The position numbers and the translations under genes were made by a program. The notes beneath the pieces are model-generated. The model was not told where the DNA came from, ran no database searches, and saw only the letters and a program-made list of their open reading frames with translations. A stretch of 64,000 nucleotides of DNA from a virus: the IMG/VR virus record IMGVR_UViG_3300033181_000085, positions 9,669 through 73,668 of that record, one strand, 5' to 3'. Shown here one piece after another: positions 55,909 to 64,000 of this stretch. Each line of letters begins with the position of its first letter. The stretch's first letter is position 1.

Positions 55909-56288
55909 TCGCTGCCCTCCACCTTGCCGTCAGTCTGGATATCCTTTAGCTGCGTCTTGATGTAGTCGACATCGGTCTTCGGCAGACTAAGTACCTGGTT
56001 GACAATATCGCCAGCCACGCCGTCGATATTCAGCACCATCAGCTCGATCATCTTCTTGTCGGCGTCGAGTTGGACAGTGGGATCGGTGTCCATGACCATC
56101 TTCATCGGGCCGCTCATAGCGTTCTTTTCACCCGATGCTGCGTTCGGATCAACTTCCGTCTCGAAATGGCTCTTATTGGCACTCAGCGTGATACGCTGGA
56201 TTTCCTGATCGATGAAGCCGGTCATGTAGCCTTTGACCAGTACGGTCTTGCCCGTTACCGGCAGCTTCAGTGTCTTCGTTTCTTCCAT
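55887..56288 (-). CDS. Tail assembly chaperone (G)
   Basis: Between tail tube and TMP. Confidence 0.8.
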   Translation of the reverse strand: MEETKTLKLPVTGKTVLVKGYMTGFIDQEIQRITLSANKSHFETEVDPNAASGEKNAMSGPMKMVMDTDPTVQLDADKKMIELMVLNIDGVAGDIVNQVLSLPKTDVDYIKTQLKDIQTDGKVEGSDPKAPVS

Positions 56289-56301
56289 TATCCTTCTACT
56301 C

Positions 56302-57495
56302 CTATGTTAATGTTGGATTCGCGTTGATGAAGGTGACCGAGAAGGCTTGTCCGTCAATTACATCTTGCTTGGCGATGTACTTGATTTCGGAGTAGTTGAT
56401 TTCACCGGCTTTGTACTGCGGTAGGGGATCGTCGGTGGTGAGGTTATTGAAGGTAATACGCACCTCGTAGACGTTGCCGTTGGAGTAGAAGTAATGGCGG
56501 AACTGGCAGGCTGTTTTCGCCATGTTGTTATAGTTTTCGACATCACCGGGGGTATCGTAATACTTCTTGATCGTCAAAGAAACTTCGGCAGGCTTGCGCA
56601 GCAGTGCGGCAGGGTCTTGTGAGCCTGAACGATGTTCGCCTTTCACGTCTTTAAATGGGTAACTTATTTCCCAGGTCGAACCTTCCTCAACGTGTGTCTC
56701 ACTTGCCGATAATGCAGCAGCAGCAGTCGCAGCGAAATAGACGTGGGTGTTTGACCACAGCGCGGGCTGCGGCAGCATGTTGAAGCTCGGTGAAGCTGGG
56801 CGCAAGTAAACAAAATCACCGCTGACGTTAGCACTAACGTTGGTTGTCGTGGTGATAGCAGTAGCACTGACAATGGAGGCAACCGTACAGTCGATAGTCG
56901 TACCGCCGCTTGCCGCGTATGTCCGTAGAAGATCACCGACGGCTAGACCAGTCGTCGGGCTTGGGTCGTAATCAGTCTTAAAGTTAATCGTATATGGGCT
57001 AGCACCCGTCACGCTGGCGATTTCGCGGCCTTGGAACGAGCCGAGAGCACTGATAGTCGGCTTGAGCTTCAGTTCGTTTTCGGTCCTTTCAAGCGTGATC
57101 TTCTCGACCTGGCAACCATAGTAACGTTGTACCGTATTCGTACCGCTGGCAACGTCAATGGTATACGTCTTCGGCGTAGAAGCGCTGAGGGTGCCGGTGC
57201 TGGTATAGGGGTTGCTCCCCGTCTTGCCGCTCATAGCCAGCATCATGGCGAATATCTTCTCGGCGGTGTTGGCTTCGAATACGAAGGTCGCGTCGCCGGT
57301 ATGATCGCGCAGACCTGGTACGACATTCTGGACGCCATAGACGTTACCGGCGGCCGGAGCCATCTTGTTGAAGTTGCGCTTGGTCTTGATGTTGAAGTCG
57401 TAGGCTTGCAGATAATCGGTCGGCGTTGTGGCTGTACCGGGAGCTGGCTCAATGGCCAGTCCGACATACCCCTTATTAAATAGAATCTCACTCAT
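56302..57495 (-). CDS. Major tail tube protein
   Basis: GYVGLAIE…GT…QRYYGCQVEKITL; position. Confidence 0.8.
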   Translation of the reverse strand: MSEILFNKGYVGLAIEPAPGTATTPTDYLQAYDFNIKTKRNFNKMAPAAGNVYGVQNVVPGLRDHTGDATFVFEANTAEKIFAMMLAMSGKTGSNPYTSTGTLSASTPKTYTIDVASGTNTVQRYYGCQVEKITLERTENELKLKPTISALGSFQGREIASVTGASPYTINFKTDYDPSPTTGLAVGDLLRTYAASGGTTIDCTVASIVSATAITTTTNVSANVSGDFVYLRPASPSFNMLPQPALWSNTHVYFAATAAAALSASETHVEEGSTWEISYPFKDVKGEHRSGSQDPAALLRKPAEVSLTIKKYYDTPGDVENYNNMAKTACQFRHYFYSNGNVYEVRITFNNLTTDDPLPQYKAGEINYSEIKYIAKQDVIDGQAFSVTFINANPTLT

Positions 57496-57497
57496 GG

Positions 57498-57758
57498 CTA
57501 ACTATTCGCCTCCTTATTCTGCGTTGCAGGTGGTGTTTGTGGTGCGGCTGGTTGTACTGGGGGAGCTGGAGGAGAAGTCTCAGTAGGTGGTGTTACGGGA
57601 GGGGTAGTTGTAGCCGGTGCGGCCTGCTCTTCGATGGCAGGTTCGAGGTAGATGCTCTCTAGTGGTTCGTCGCTTTCGACAATACCGTTTCCTAAGTTAC
57701 GGGCTTCGGCGAAGATTCTATTTTCAGCACCTTTTTTTATTGGATACCTGTATGACAT
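57498..57758 (-). CDS. Small Pro-rich structural-module protein
   Basis: ORF downstream of internal promoter. Confidence 0.6.
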   Translation of the reverse strand: MSYRYPIKKGAENRIFAEARNLGNGIVESDEPLESIYLEPAIEEQAAPATTTPPVTPPTETSPPAPPVQPAAPQTPPATQNKEANS

Positions 57759-57767
57759 GTTGCCTCT

Positions 57768-57796
57768 ATTCTATGGTTAAGCCTTCTTATTGTCAA
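57768..57796 (-). promoter_or_regulatory. Internal sigma70 promoter TTGACA-17-TAGAAT upstream of the tail tube gene
   Basis: -35 57791-57796, -10 57768-57773. Confidence 0.7.
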
Positions 57797-57823
57797 AAAT
57801 TTCACAGCCGAATGTTACCAGTA

Positions 57824-58369
57824 CTACCTCCTGTTCAGGACTACCTGGCGTTCCGTGACGGTTATATCTATGACCGCTTCCCTCGTTTCCGCCATGTTCG
57901 GACGGGGCGGATTGTCATAAGAAATACTGATGTCGCTGTTGATAGTGACAATCCCCGGCACGGCTTGGCTTTGCAAAGTGATGTAGGTCCGCAACCCATA
58001 CATGAGGGTATTGGGTAAGAGATAGCCTGTTGTGGGGTCCCGGCCTTCGATCAAAAGTTGTAGCTGGCGTTTGACGGTATCTACTGAGTCGGGCGCGCCT
58101 AGTCCGGCAACCGCATCGACGAGGAGGTGGATATAGACATGCTCGGTTACGTCATCAGTGCTGGTCGGCGCGTTTTTGAGGCTGTAGGTGCCAGCAGTTT
58201 TGTCTACGATGATGTAAGGAAAGGCGTCTTTGCCGAGGAGAATATTGTTGGGGTCGGGTACGCCGAGCGAGTAGCCGTGGATGATGTTGCCTGCAGGTCC
58301 GTAGACGCTTTGCACTAAATTCATGATACGGGCGGCGGCGTCAGGGTAAGTTGGCAGGTTGCTGTCCAT
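57824..58369 (-). CDS. Tail completion/terminator-like protein
   Basis: Synteny in neck module. Confidence 0.6.
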   Translation of the reverse strand: MDSNLPTYPDAAARIMNLVQSVYGPAGNIIHGYSLGVPDPNNILLGKDAFPYIIVDKTAGTYSLKNAPTSTDDVTEHVYIHLLVDAVAGLGAPDSVDTVKRQLQLLIEGRDPTTGYLLPNTLMYGLRTYITLQSQAVPGIVTINSDISISYDNPPRPNMAETREAVIDITVTERQVVLNRR

Positions 58370-58370
58370 A

Positions 58371-58835
58371 CTATAGACCGTGTAGCTTACTGTTAATATC
58401 TTTAGTAATGATCTGCTTGATAATCTGTTTCACATCGTCGCTGATGCCGATCATCTGGCGGCGTGGTAGTTTAGTCCGTGCGTCGCTACTCTGGTGGTAC
58501 GGGAAGTACGGGGCGGTATTGTCGATGACGAGACGGCGCGGTGAGACGGTCGCGCGGAAGCTATTACGCATGGTGTCAGTCGCTATTAACGGGACAGCTG
58601 AGTACTGGACATAGTGTATTGCTTTATATTTCTGCGTCGAGGGAGATAGCTGCGCCCATGGCGTACCGTAGACACCACCCTGGCTTTCAAAGACCTGGCC
58701 GCTGTAGTATTTTTTTAACTCGGTGCCGATCTCTTTGAGGGGTTTGCTGAAGTTTGTCAGCTTCGGGCCTAAAGCTTTCAGCTTCTGGATAAAATCCGCG
58801 CCGCCGGAAACGGTAATATTGACTGAGAGAGACAT
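58371..58835 (-). CDS. Virion morphogenesis protein (Mu gpG / phage tail S-like)
   Basis: FESQGG…WAQLSPST…LIATDTMRNS…YFPYHQ…KLPRRQMIG. Confidence 0.8.
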   Translation of the reverse strand: MSLSVNITVSGGADFIQKLKALGPKLTNFSKPLKEIGTELKKYYSGQVFESQGGVYGTPWAQLSPSTQKYKAIHYVQYSAVPLIATDTMRNSFRATVSPRRLVIDNTAPYFPYHQSSDARTKLPRRQMIGISDDVKQIIKQIITKDINSKLHGL

Positions 58836-59197
58836 TAGTGCTTACGCCTCGCTGCACGGGTAATGGTGCCCTGGTGAGCGGCTTGTACTCGCTGTGCAGG
58901 AGTAAGGTGCCAACCGCCGTGACCGTGTTTGCCATTAAAAGGACGGATACCTTCCCGTTTTCGAGTGGCTGCCGATTTCAAAGCCATCTCAACGCGCTGT
59001 TCATGCGTGAGTCGGGCGAACCCAATCTTTTCACCCTTTGCCTTCATAGTTTCAATCGCCTTTAAGTGAGCTGCGTGCCGTTGAGCTGGCGTCTCATGAG
59101 CCCAACCGGACTTCTCTCCGCGTGACTGGCGTGTGATACGAGATTTTTTCGCATTCGCCACCCGTTCAGCGGCTGAAATATGCCACGTCATTACCAT
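58835..59197 (-). CDS. Small highly basic repeat protein
   Basis: Repeated (H/L)TP(A/E)QR.. motifs. Confidence 0.55.
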   Translation of the reverse strand: MVMTWHISAAERVANAKKSRITRQSRGEKSGWAHETPAQRHAAHLKAIETMKAKGEKIGFARLTHEQRVEMALKSAATRKREGIRPFNGKHGHGGWHLTPAQRVQAAHQGTITRAARRKH

Positions 59198-60207
59198 CGC
59201 CTGCCGTAGTAAGGATTACCGTAGAACTGACTGCCGTCACCGATAGGGGACTGACCTTGTATATCGCTCATGCGGAAGATGCGTGGTGCTCCGCCTTGAG
59301 TAGGATCGGCAGACGCCGAGGTACCATCCGGCCAGCCACCAGCTTCACCTTCGCCGCCTTCGAGGGCCAAGCTCTTGCCGTCTTTGGTCATCAACTCTTC
59401 TTCTTTGATCACCAGCTCGTCAAGTGCCAGCATACCGTCGTCGATCATGCTTTGGCCGTTGATCTTCGGATCAGAAATAGCACTGTACTGGGCTTTACGC
59501 AAGGCTCCGGCGGCGAGGCTGATTACGATCTGCTTCAACGTGTCGGGGATTGGCGGCTGCAGCGGTATGTCATAAAACTTGTTCAGCCTGCCGTGGACTT
59601 TGTCGTAGGCCCACTGGCGTTTCTGGTCGATAAGCGTGTCGCTCACATAGACGGCATTCTGGAAACCTGCCTCTTGCCGGATTTCGCCTAAGCTACAATA
59701 TTCAACCGTAAACGTACCCCGTACTGCCCGGCTTGAGCCGAGATCAGTGTGGGCAGTCGTGACAGAGTTGTAATGCGTGTATTTGTACCAGTAGTTGCCA
59801 CTGCCGGATGCATCCGTATAGGAGGTCGTGGTACCATTCGGGTCAATGGTTACAGGGCTGCCAAGCGGACTAAAAACGGTATCTGCCGGTTGCGTACCGT
59901 CCACATTAGCCGCCCGGTAGACTTGGAGCTGGTCGCCGAACAGAGCGTAGACATCTTCATATTGATCGTGGGCAAGTTTTGTAGGCGTTGCGAGCGGTAT
60001 TGTACCGGCAGTCGTTATCGTGCCTGCTTGCAATAGCTCGGCGTTATTAGAGCCGATGGTGCCATGGAGAATAAAGCCACTGTTCGCAAAGTCGTTCGTA
60101 TTGTCCACGGAGAGGCTGCTCGCACCGGCGGCAATATTGCCGCTAAGCTGGGTACGGTCAATAATGTTGGCTTCGTCGAAGTTGGTGAGAGCAAGCGTCT
60201 GTGCCAT
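59191..60207 (-). CDS. Head-tail adaptor (gp36/DUF1320-like C-terminus) with N-terminal beta domain
   Basis: YCSLGEIRQEAG…VHGRLNKFYDIPL..PIPDTLKQI. Confidence 0.7.
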   Translation of the reverse strand: MAQTLALTNFDEANIIDRTQLSGNIAAGASSLSVDNTNDFANSGFILHGTIGSNNAELLQAGTITTAGTIPLATPTKLAHDQYEDVYALFGDQLQVYRAANVDGTQPADTVFSPLGSPVTIDPNGTTTSYTDASGSGNYWYKYTHYNSVTTAHTDLGSSRAVRGTFTVEYCSLGEIRQEAGFQNAVYVSDTLIDQKRQWAYDKVHGRLNKFYDIPLQPPIPDTLKQIVISLAAGALRKAQYSAISDPKINGQSMIDDGMLALDELVIKEEELMTKDGKSLALEGGEGEAGGWPDGTSASADPTQGGAPRIFRMSDIQGQSPIGDGSQFYGNPYYGRRW

Positions 60208-60221
60208 ACGTTGTCCTTATG

Positions 60222-60398
60222 TTACAGGGTTATTACATCAATGTCATTGGTGATCTCAATCGCGCTGCCTGAAGCGCCATTACTGAGGTAAACGGTCGAT
60301 GACTCTACCGCCAGAGTAATAACGTTGCTGACGACGAATGAAGCCAGGAGCAGCAGTTGGCTATATGGTACGGTATTGTAGGCGAACGTGTTATACAT
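60222..60398 (-). CDS. Small virion-module hypothetical (MYNTFAYNTVPYSQ…)
   Basis: ATG 60398 near the upstream stop. Confidence 0.5.
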   Translation of the reverse strand: MYNTFAYNTVPYSQLLLLASFVVSNVITLAVESSTVYLSNGASGSAIEITNDIDVITL

Positions 60399-60402
60399 AA
60401 AA

Positions 60403-60609
60403 TTATTCGGTTGCGGTACTATCCTCAGCAACAGGAGCATGTATGCTGACTCTGCTGTCGGCGGCCTGTAACTGGGCTATCCGAGTATTTAAGTTCTGAA
60501 TGTTTTGTTGAGCTTGCTGCCCTTGCTGCTGAGCGGCATTTAACATGTCATACCAGTCACTTTTCATGATTTTAAGCTGGTTAATATCGGTAATCGTTTC
60601 TAGGTTCAT
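60403..60609 (-). CDS. Small coiled-coil hypothetical
   Basis: SD AAGGAG. Confidence 0.6.
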   Translation of the reverse strand: MNLETITDINQLKIMKSDWYDMLNAAQQQGQQAQQNIQNLNTRIAQLQAADSRVSIHAPVAEDSTATE

Positions 60610-60618
60610 ACGTTCTCC

Positions 60619-60927
60619 TTACACTACTATAGTAGCGGTTGCTTGATTAAAGGCGTTTTTTAGTTCTAAGGCTAAGTCGTGTCCGGCCTGAGCGGCATTG
60701 ATGGTCGTATATATCTGCTGCGGAGTGTAGGCGGTCGTGTTGAAAGCCCCGTAATTGGTAATGGTCTGAACGTCCCGCAGTGACCCGTCGGAGCCTTGGG
60801 TTTTCATGTTGGTAATGACTGCAACTAGATAAAAGCCAGGATTGCCACTAGTGTCACGCGCTGGCTCATTATAGCGAAGCACCTGCTGCACGTCGACCAA
60901 GTTTGTATAGATAACGGTTTGACTCAT
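60619..60927 (-). CDS. Hypothetical fibre-associated protein
   Basis: ATGA-type overlap with the fibre gene stop. Confidence 0.6.
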   Translation of the reverse strand: MSQTVIYTNLVDVQQVLRYNEPARDTSGNPGFYLVAVITNMKTQGSDGSLRDVQTITNYGAFNTTAYTPQQIYTTINAAQAGHDLALELKNAFNQATATIVV

Positions 60928-63900
60928 GCTAACAATCCTTCATTTCTCAAAGCCTTTACAATTTGCGCTAAAGTGTAACCATCAAACGTACTGGCAGAGT
61001 TAAGGGCGGTTCCAGAGTTCGCGACCAATGTTGATGCAGCGACCGCTGTAGTCGGCTGAACTATTGGCGCGGCATTCCAGAAACCGAGCTTTTGAGTAAT
61101 GGCGGTACCTATCTTCGTACCAGTCGTGGCTCCTGGTATTATGTTGGCCCCGTCATCAAAGACAATATTAAAGCCAGGCGCTACATAACCACCACCGAAT
61201 AAGTTAAGTTGGCCCGTAACTCCCAGTTGTCCAGCCGTTGCGCCGTCTATGTAAGCCGTAGCATTGACATAGGTGCGTACGCCATAGATATATTGCCAGT
61301 AGTTCGATGCTGTGCCAAGAGTTTTTGCATTATTTGTGCCTGGATAGAAGTTAGCCGAAACAATGATGCTATTAGAGGCTGAATTTATCTGCACGTCACC
61401 TGAACCGGCTGTCTGGAGTTTCAAGGTAGCGCCGTACGCCTGGAAGTTTACATATCCGGTGCTGCTTTGCATCTCAAAGCTCATATCTGGCAAGTTCGAG
61501 ACTTCAAAGAAGTTGCTGGTATTTCCCATATCTGGTGTAAACGTCATGCGGCTATTAACGCGCTGGTAGATATGGGATTGATTGCCGCTGGCGCCGTTGT
61601 AAATATACGCTTCGATGGCGTTCATATTGCCATTGGGGTCTAAATAAACAGAATAAGCATTGTTGTAAGACGGTGGGCTGGAATTGGCCGACGCTGCGCC
61701 GGTATCGGTGAAGCTGGTACTATTGCCAGCTGGTGCGTAATACACGTTTTCACCGTTCGCAGAAGTACCACGATAAATACGATAACTTTTGCCGCCGTTT
61801 ACTCCCGGCCACGAAATCGCCACGCTTCCCGTCGTTCCGGTGGTAGTAACAGATGCTTCGGTCGAGGCAGACGTTTCACCACCACGGTTATCTAAGGCCG
61901 TAATCTTATAGTAGTACGTTGCAGCGGCTAGTGTTCCACCAGTAGTACTAGCAGTTAGGGTCGGAGTGCCGGGCAGTTTCATGGCAACGCCGTTGTAACC
62001 GACGGTAGCCAGATTATTATTGAACATCTTGCCAGCAAGCGTCTGAGTACCGATAGTCATCATGCCAGGGTTAGTAATGTCGGCTGGTCCGAATGTGATA
62101 GTCGTACCGCTGATAGCCGCGCCGTTGATTTCTGAGGTGGTCGAGAACGTGCCGACTGTTGCAACGCCGCTGCCGCCACCACCGACGCCAACCGCAGCGA
62201 CTACATACCAGTTACTACCGTTACTGGCGTACTGCTGCTCGGAGTACTGAGCGGTCAAGGCTTGCGTAGTAGCGCCGTCTATGGTTCCAGCAGCGGTAGC
62301 GACTGTCACAGTAAAGGCCGAAAGGTTTTTAACCGAGTACGTACGGCCCGTAATGCCTACGGGAGTGGGAAGTGTGACGGTTATAGCGGCCCCAGGATTT
62401 GCTAGGATGGTTGAGTCAGTAGCTAGGATGGTATACGCGGCGGTAACAGTGGTCACAGCGGTAGAGATGCCACCGGCGACCTGTAGTTGAGTGTTAGGCG
62501 TAATCGTGCCTATACCAATAGTAGTGCCATTGGTAGCACTACCGCCGGTGGAACCCTGGTCGGTGATCGTCAGGTTGACATTATCCCGTACAACTGGTCG
62601 CGTAGCACCAGAACGGAGTATGACGGTACCGCCATTTTCCATACGATTTTTAGCTATAATCGTATCAACCGCTGCCCCTTGGACGTCGATGGCTAGACCG
62701 TTTAAGGTGAACCAACAAGAGTCAATGATCGAGCCTGGTTCATTGACGTAGACGCCGGTGGTGCCGTTATTTTCAATCCAGCAGTCTTGCAAGCGATTAA
62801 ACTTACCGGATAGTACTGCACCGTAGCCGTTGTTAGTCTCCATGATAGTGCCGATAAAGACATTCCCCGTTGAGCCGTTACAACGCAGGCCGGAGGCACC
62901 ACTGACGGCGCCGTAGAACCAACCGCCTATAAACGTATTGGCATTGGAGGTGTTATCTACCATCACGTTCGCGTAGCTGCATCCGGTAGCCACGACATTG
63001 TTAAATGTACAGTCAATAGCTTGGGTCAGGTACAGCCCGACTCCCCAGCCAGAACCAGCCGTAAAGCCCTTAAAACGGATATTCTCGAATACTCCTTGAT
63101 AGCACTGAGTAATACGCAGTCCCATGCCACCCGTCGCGTTGCCGACAAATGACAGGCCCTTGACGCTTACGAAGTCTCCGGCGGTGGTCAACGTTCCGGT
63201 AATTACCAGTGTGGAGTTAGCAATAGATGAAGTACCTGCCCCGTTAGTCAGTATGGAGCCGAAGCCTTCACCGATGAAGCTGATCTGCTTACCAGCCGTT
63301 AGGGTGGCACTCAAGCCAGTAGCGATAAAGTAGTTACCGATTGGGAAGTACACCGTAGCGCTGGTGGTGGCGGCGATTGCGGCAGTAATAGCCGATTGGA
63401 TATTGGCCGTGTCGTCAGTGTAATAACTAAATGTCGCTGGATTAACACTCGTCGAGGCAGCAACAGCTAACGTAACAGTCGTCGCGTTGACATATGTAAT
63501 GGTGGTGTTGAGGACAGCTCCGGATGCCCCGGCACCGGCAATGGATATATTTTTACCAGTATCAGCTGATGTGAAAGCTGCGGAAGCGGAGGTAAAGCTT
63601 GTTGATGCAGCGGTAACCACTCCGTCGGTAACAGTCTTAAAGTCGCCTTTCGCGCCGTAGGCTTTCACATTAAATAGTTGTCCGCCTTTATCTTGAAGCC
63701 CAGAGATCGGGCCAGTCATTGTACCGCCCGCCAAAGCTAGTTTCGTATCGGCATAATTTTTAGTAGCCGCATCTTGAGCGGTAGTTGGGTCGAGTAAGTT
63801 AGTCAGCTTATGGGTGTTAATCGAGTAGTCGGCGGTAGCTGCACCGACATCGTTCAGGACAGCCGCCGTGAAGCCGCCGCTGCTATTACCTTTTAAGGCT

Positions 63901-64000
63901 GTCAGTACCGTGGCTACGGGAGCGAAATCTGTACCGGCTAAAGCTTGTGCAAGACCCGTACCCGTTCCTTTTAACATCCCATTCAAGTTAGTCCCGACAG
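60924..64000 (-). CDS. Tail fibre/spike with pectate-lyase-like beta-helix (5' end outside window)
   Basis: FNVKAYGAKGD…DDTANIQSAI…VYFPIGNY, beta-helix repeats, FN3-like module; frame open at window edge. Confidence 0.85.
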   Translation of the reverse strand, partial: VGTNLNGMLKGTGTGLAQALAGTDFAPVATVLTALKGNSSGGFTAAVLNDVGAATADYSINTHKLTNLLDPTTAQDAATKNYADTKLALAGGTMTGPISGLQDKGGQLFNVKAYGAKGDFKTVTDGVVTAASTSFTSASAAFTSADTGKNISIAGAGASGAVLNTTITYVNATTVTLAVAASTSVNPATFSYYTDDTANIQSAITAAIAATTSATVYFPIGNYFIATGLSATLTAGKQISFIGEGFGSILTNGAGTSSIANSTLVITGTLTTAGDFVSVKGLSFVGNATGGMGLRITQCYQGVFENIRFKGFTAGSGWGVGLYLTQAIDCTFNNVVATGCSYANVMVDNTSNANTFIGGWFYGAVSGASGLRCNGSTGNVFIGTIMETNNGYGAVLSGKFNRLQDCWIENNGTTGVYVNEPGSIIDSCWFTLNGLAIDVQGAAVDTIIAKNRMENGGTVILRSGATRPVVRDNVNLTITDQGSTGGSATNGTTIGIGTITPNTQLQVAGGISTAVTTVTAAYTILATDSTILANPGAAITVTLPTPVGITGRTYSVKNLSAFTVTVATAAGTIDGATTQALTAQYSEQQYASNGSNWYVVAAVGVGGGGSGVATVGTFSTTSEINGAAISGTTITFGPADITNPGMMTIGTQTLAGKMFNNNLATVGYNGVAMKLPGTPTLTASTTGGTLAAATYYYKITALDNRGGETSASTEASVTTTGTTGSVAISWPGVNGGKSYRIYRGTSANGENVYYAPAGNSTSFTDTGAASANSSPPSYNNAYSVYLDPNGNMNAIEAYIYNGASGNQSHIYQRVNSRMTFTPDMGNTSNFFEVSNLPDMSFEMQSSTGYVNFQAYGATLKLQTAGSGDVQINSASNSIIVSANFYPGTNNAKTLGTASNYWQYIYGVRTYVNATAYIDGATAGQLGVTGQLNLFGGGYVAPGFNIVFDDGANIIPGATTGTKIGTAITQKLGFWNAAPIVQPTTAVAASTLVANSGTALNSASTFDGYTLAQIVKALRNEGLLA

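Noticed and set aside
1-64000. CRISPR array, tRNA/rRNA genes, diversity-generating retroelement
   Set aside because: No regularly spaced repeat-spacer array, no cloverleaf or rRNA-like segment, no reverse transcriptase or TR/VR pair recognised by eye.

Overview
Mosaic temperate, siphovirus-like phage/prophage segment. Backbone: leftward early operon of small genes (1-6.6 kb); rightward early/recombination operon (RecT, YqaJ exonuclease, RtcB, VRR-NUC, several free-standing HNH homing endonucleases; 10.7-30 kb); and a convergent minus-strand lysis and tail module (44.8-64 kb: holin-like genes, endolysin, C1q protein, hub/Dit, tape measure, -1 frameshifted tail chaperone, tail tube, head-tail genes, depolymerase-like fibre running off the window). 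Four bacterial-chromosome-like blocks interrupt the backbone: a SnoaL gene; an ISL3 relic with a membrane protein and a pentapeptide-repeat protein; a 4x XRE-HTH protein; and a visibly GC-richer complete type 1 BREX locus (brxA-brxB-brxC-pglX-pglX'-pglZ-brxL, 30.3-44.5 kb) whose PglX is split into two translationally coupled ORFs. There are two catalytically intact TnpB genes. The most striking unexplained structure is the second TnpB: it sits between two synonymously recoded copies of the same gene 3' end, and its predicted guide begins at the displaced copy, suggesting an RNA-guided cleave-and-rescue/homing cassette. Other candidates: a C-terminal-GG protein plus SWIM-finger partner, two unannotated ncRNA candidates and several regulatory motifs. 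Family and host assignments come from motif recognition and recall, not database searches.
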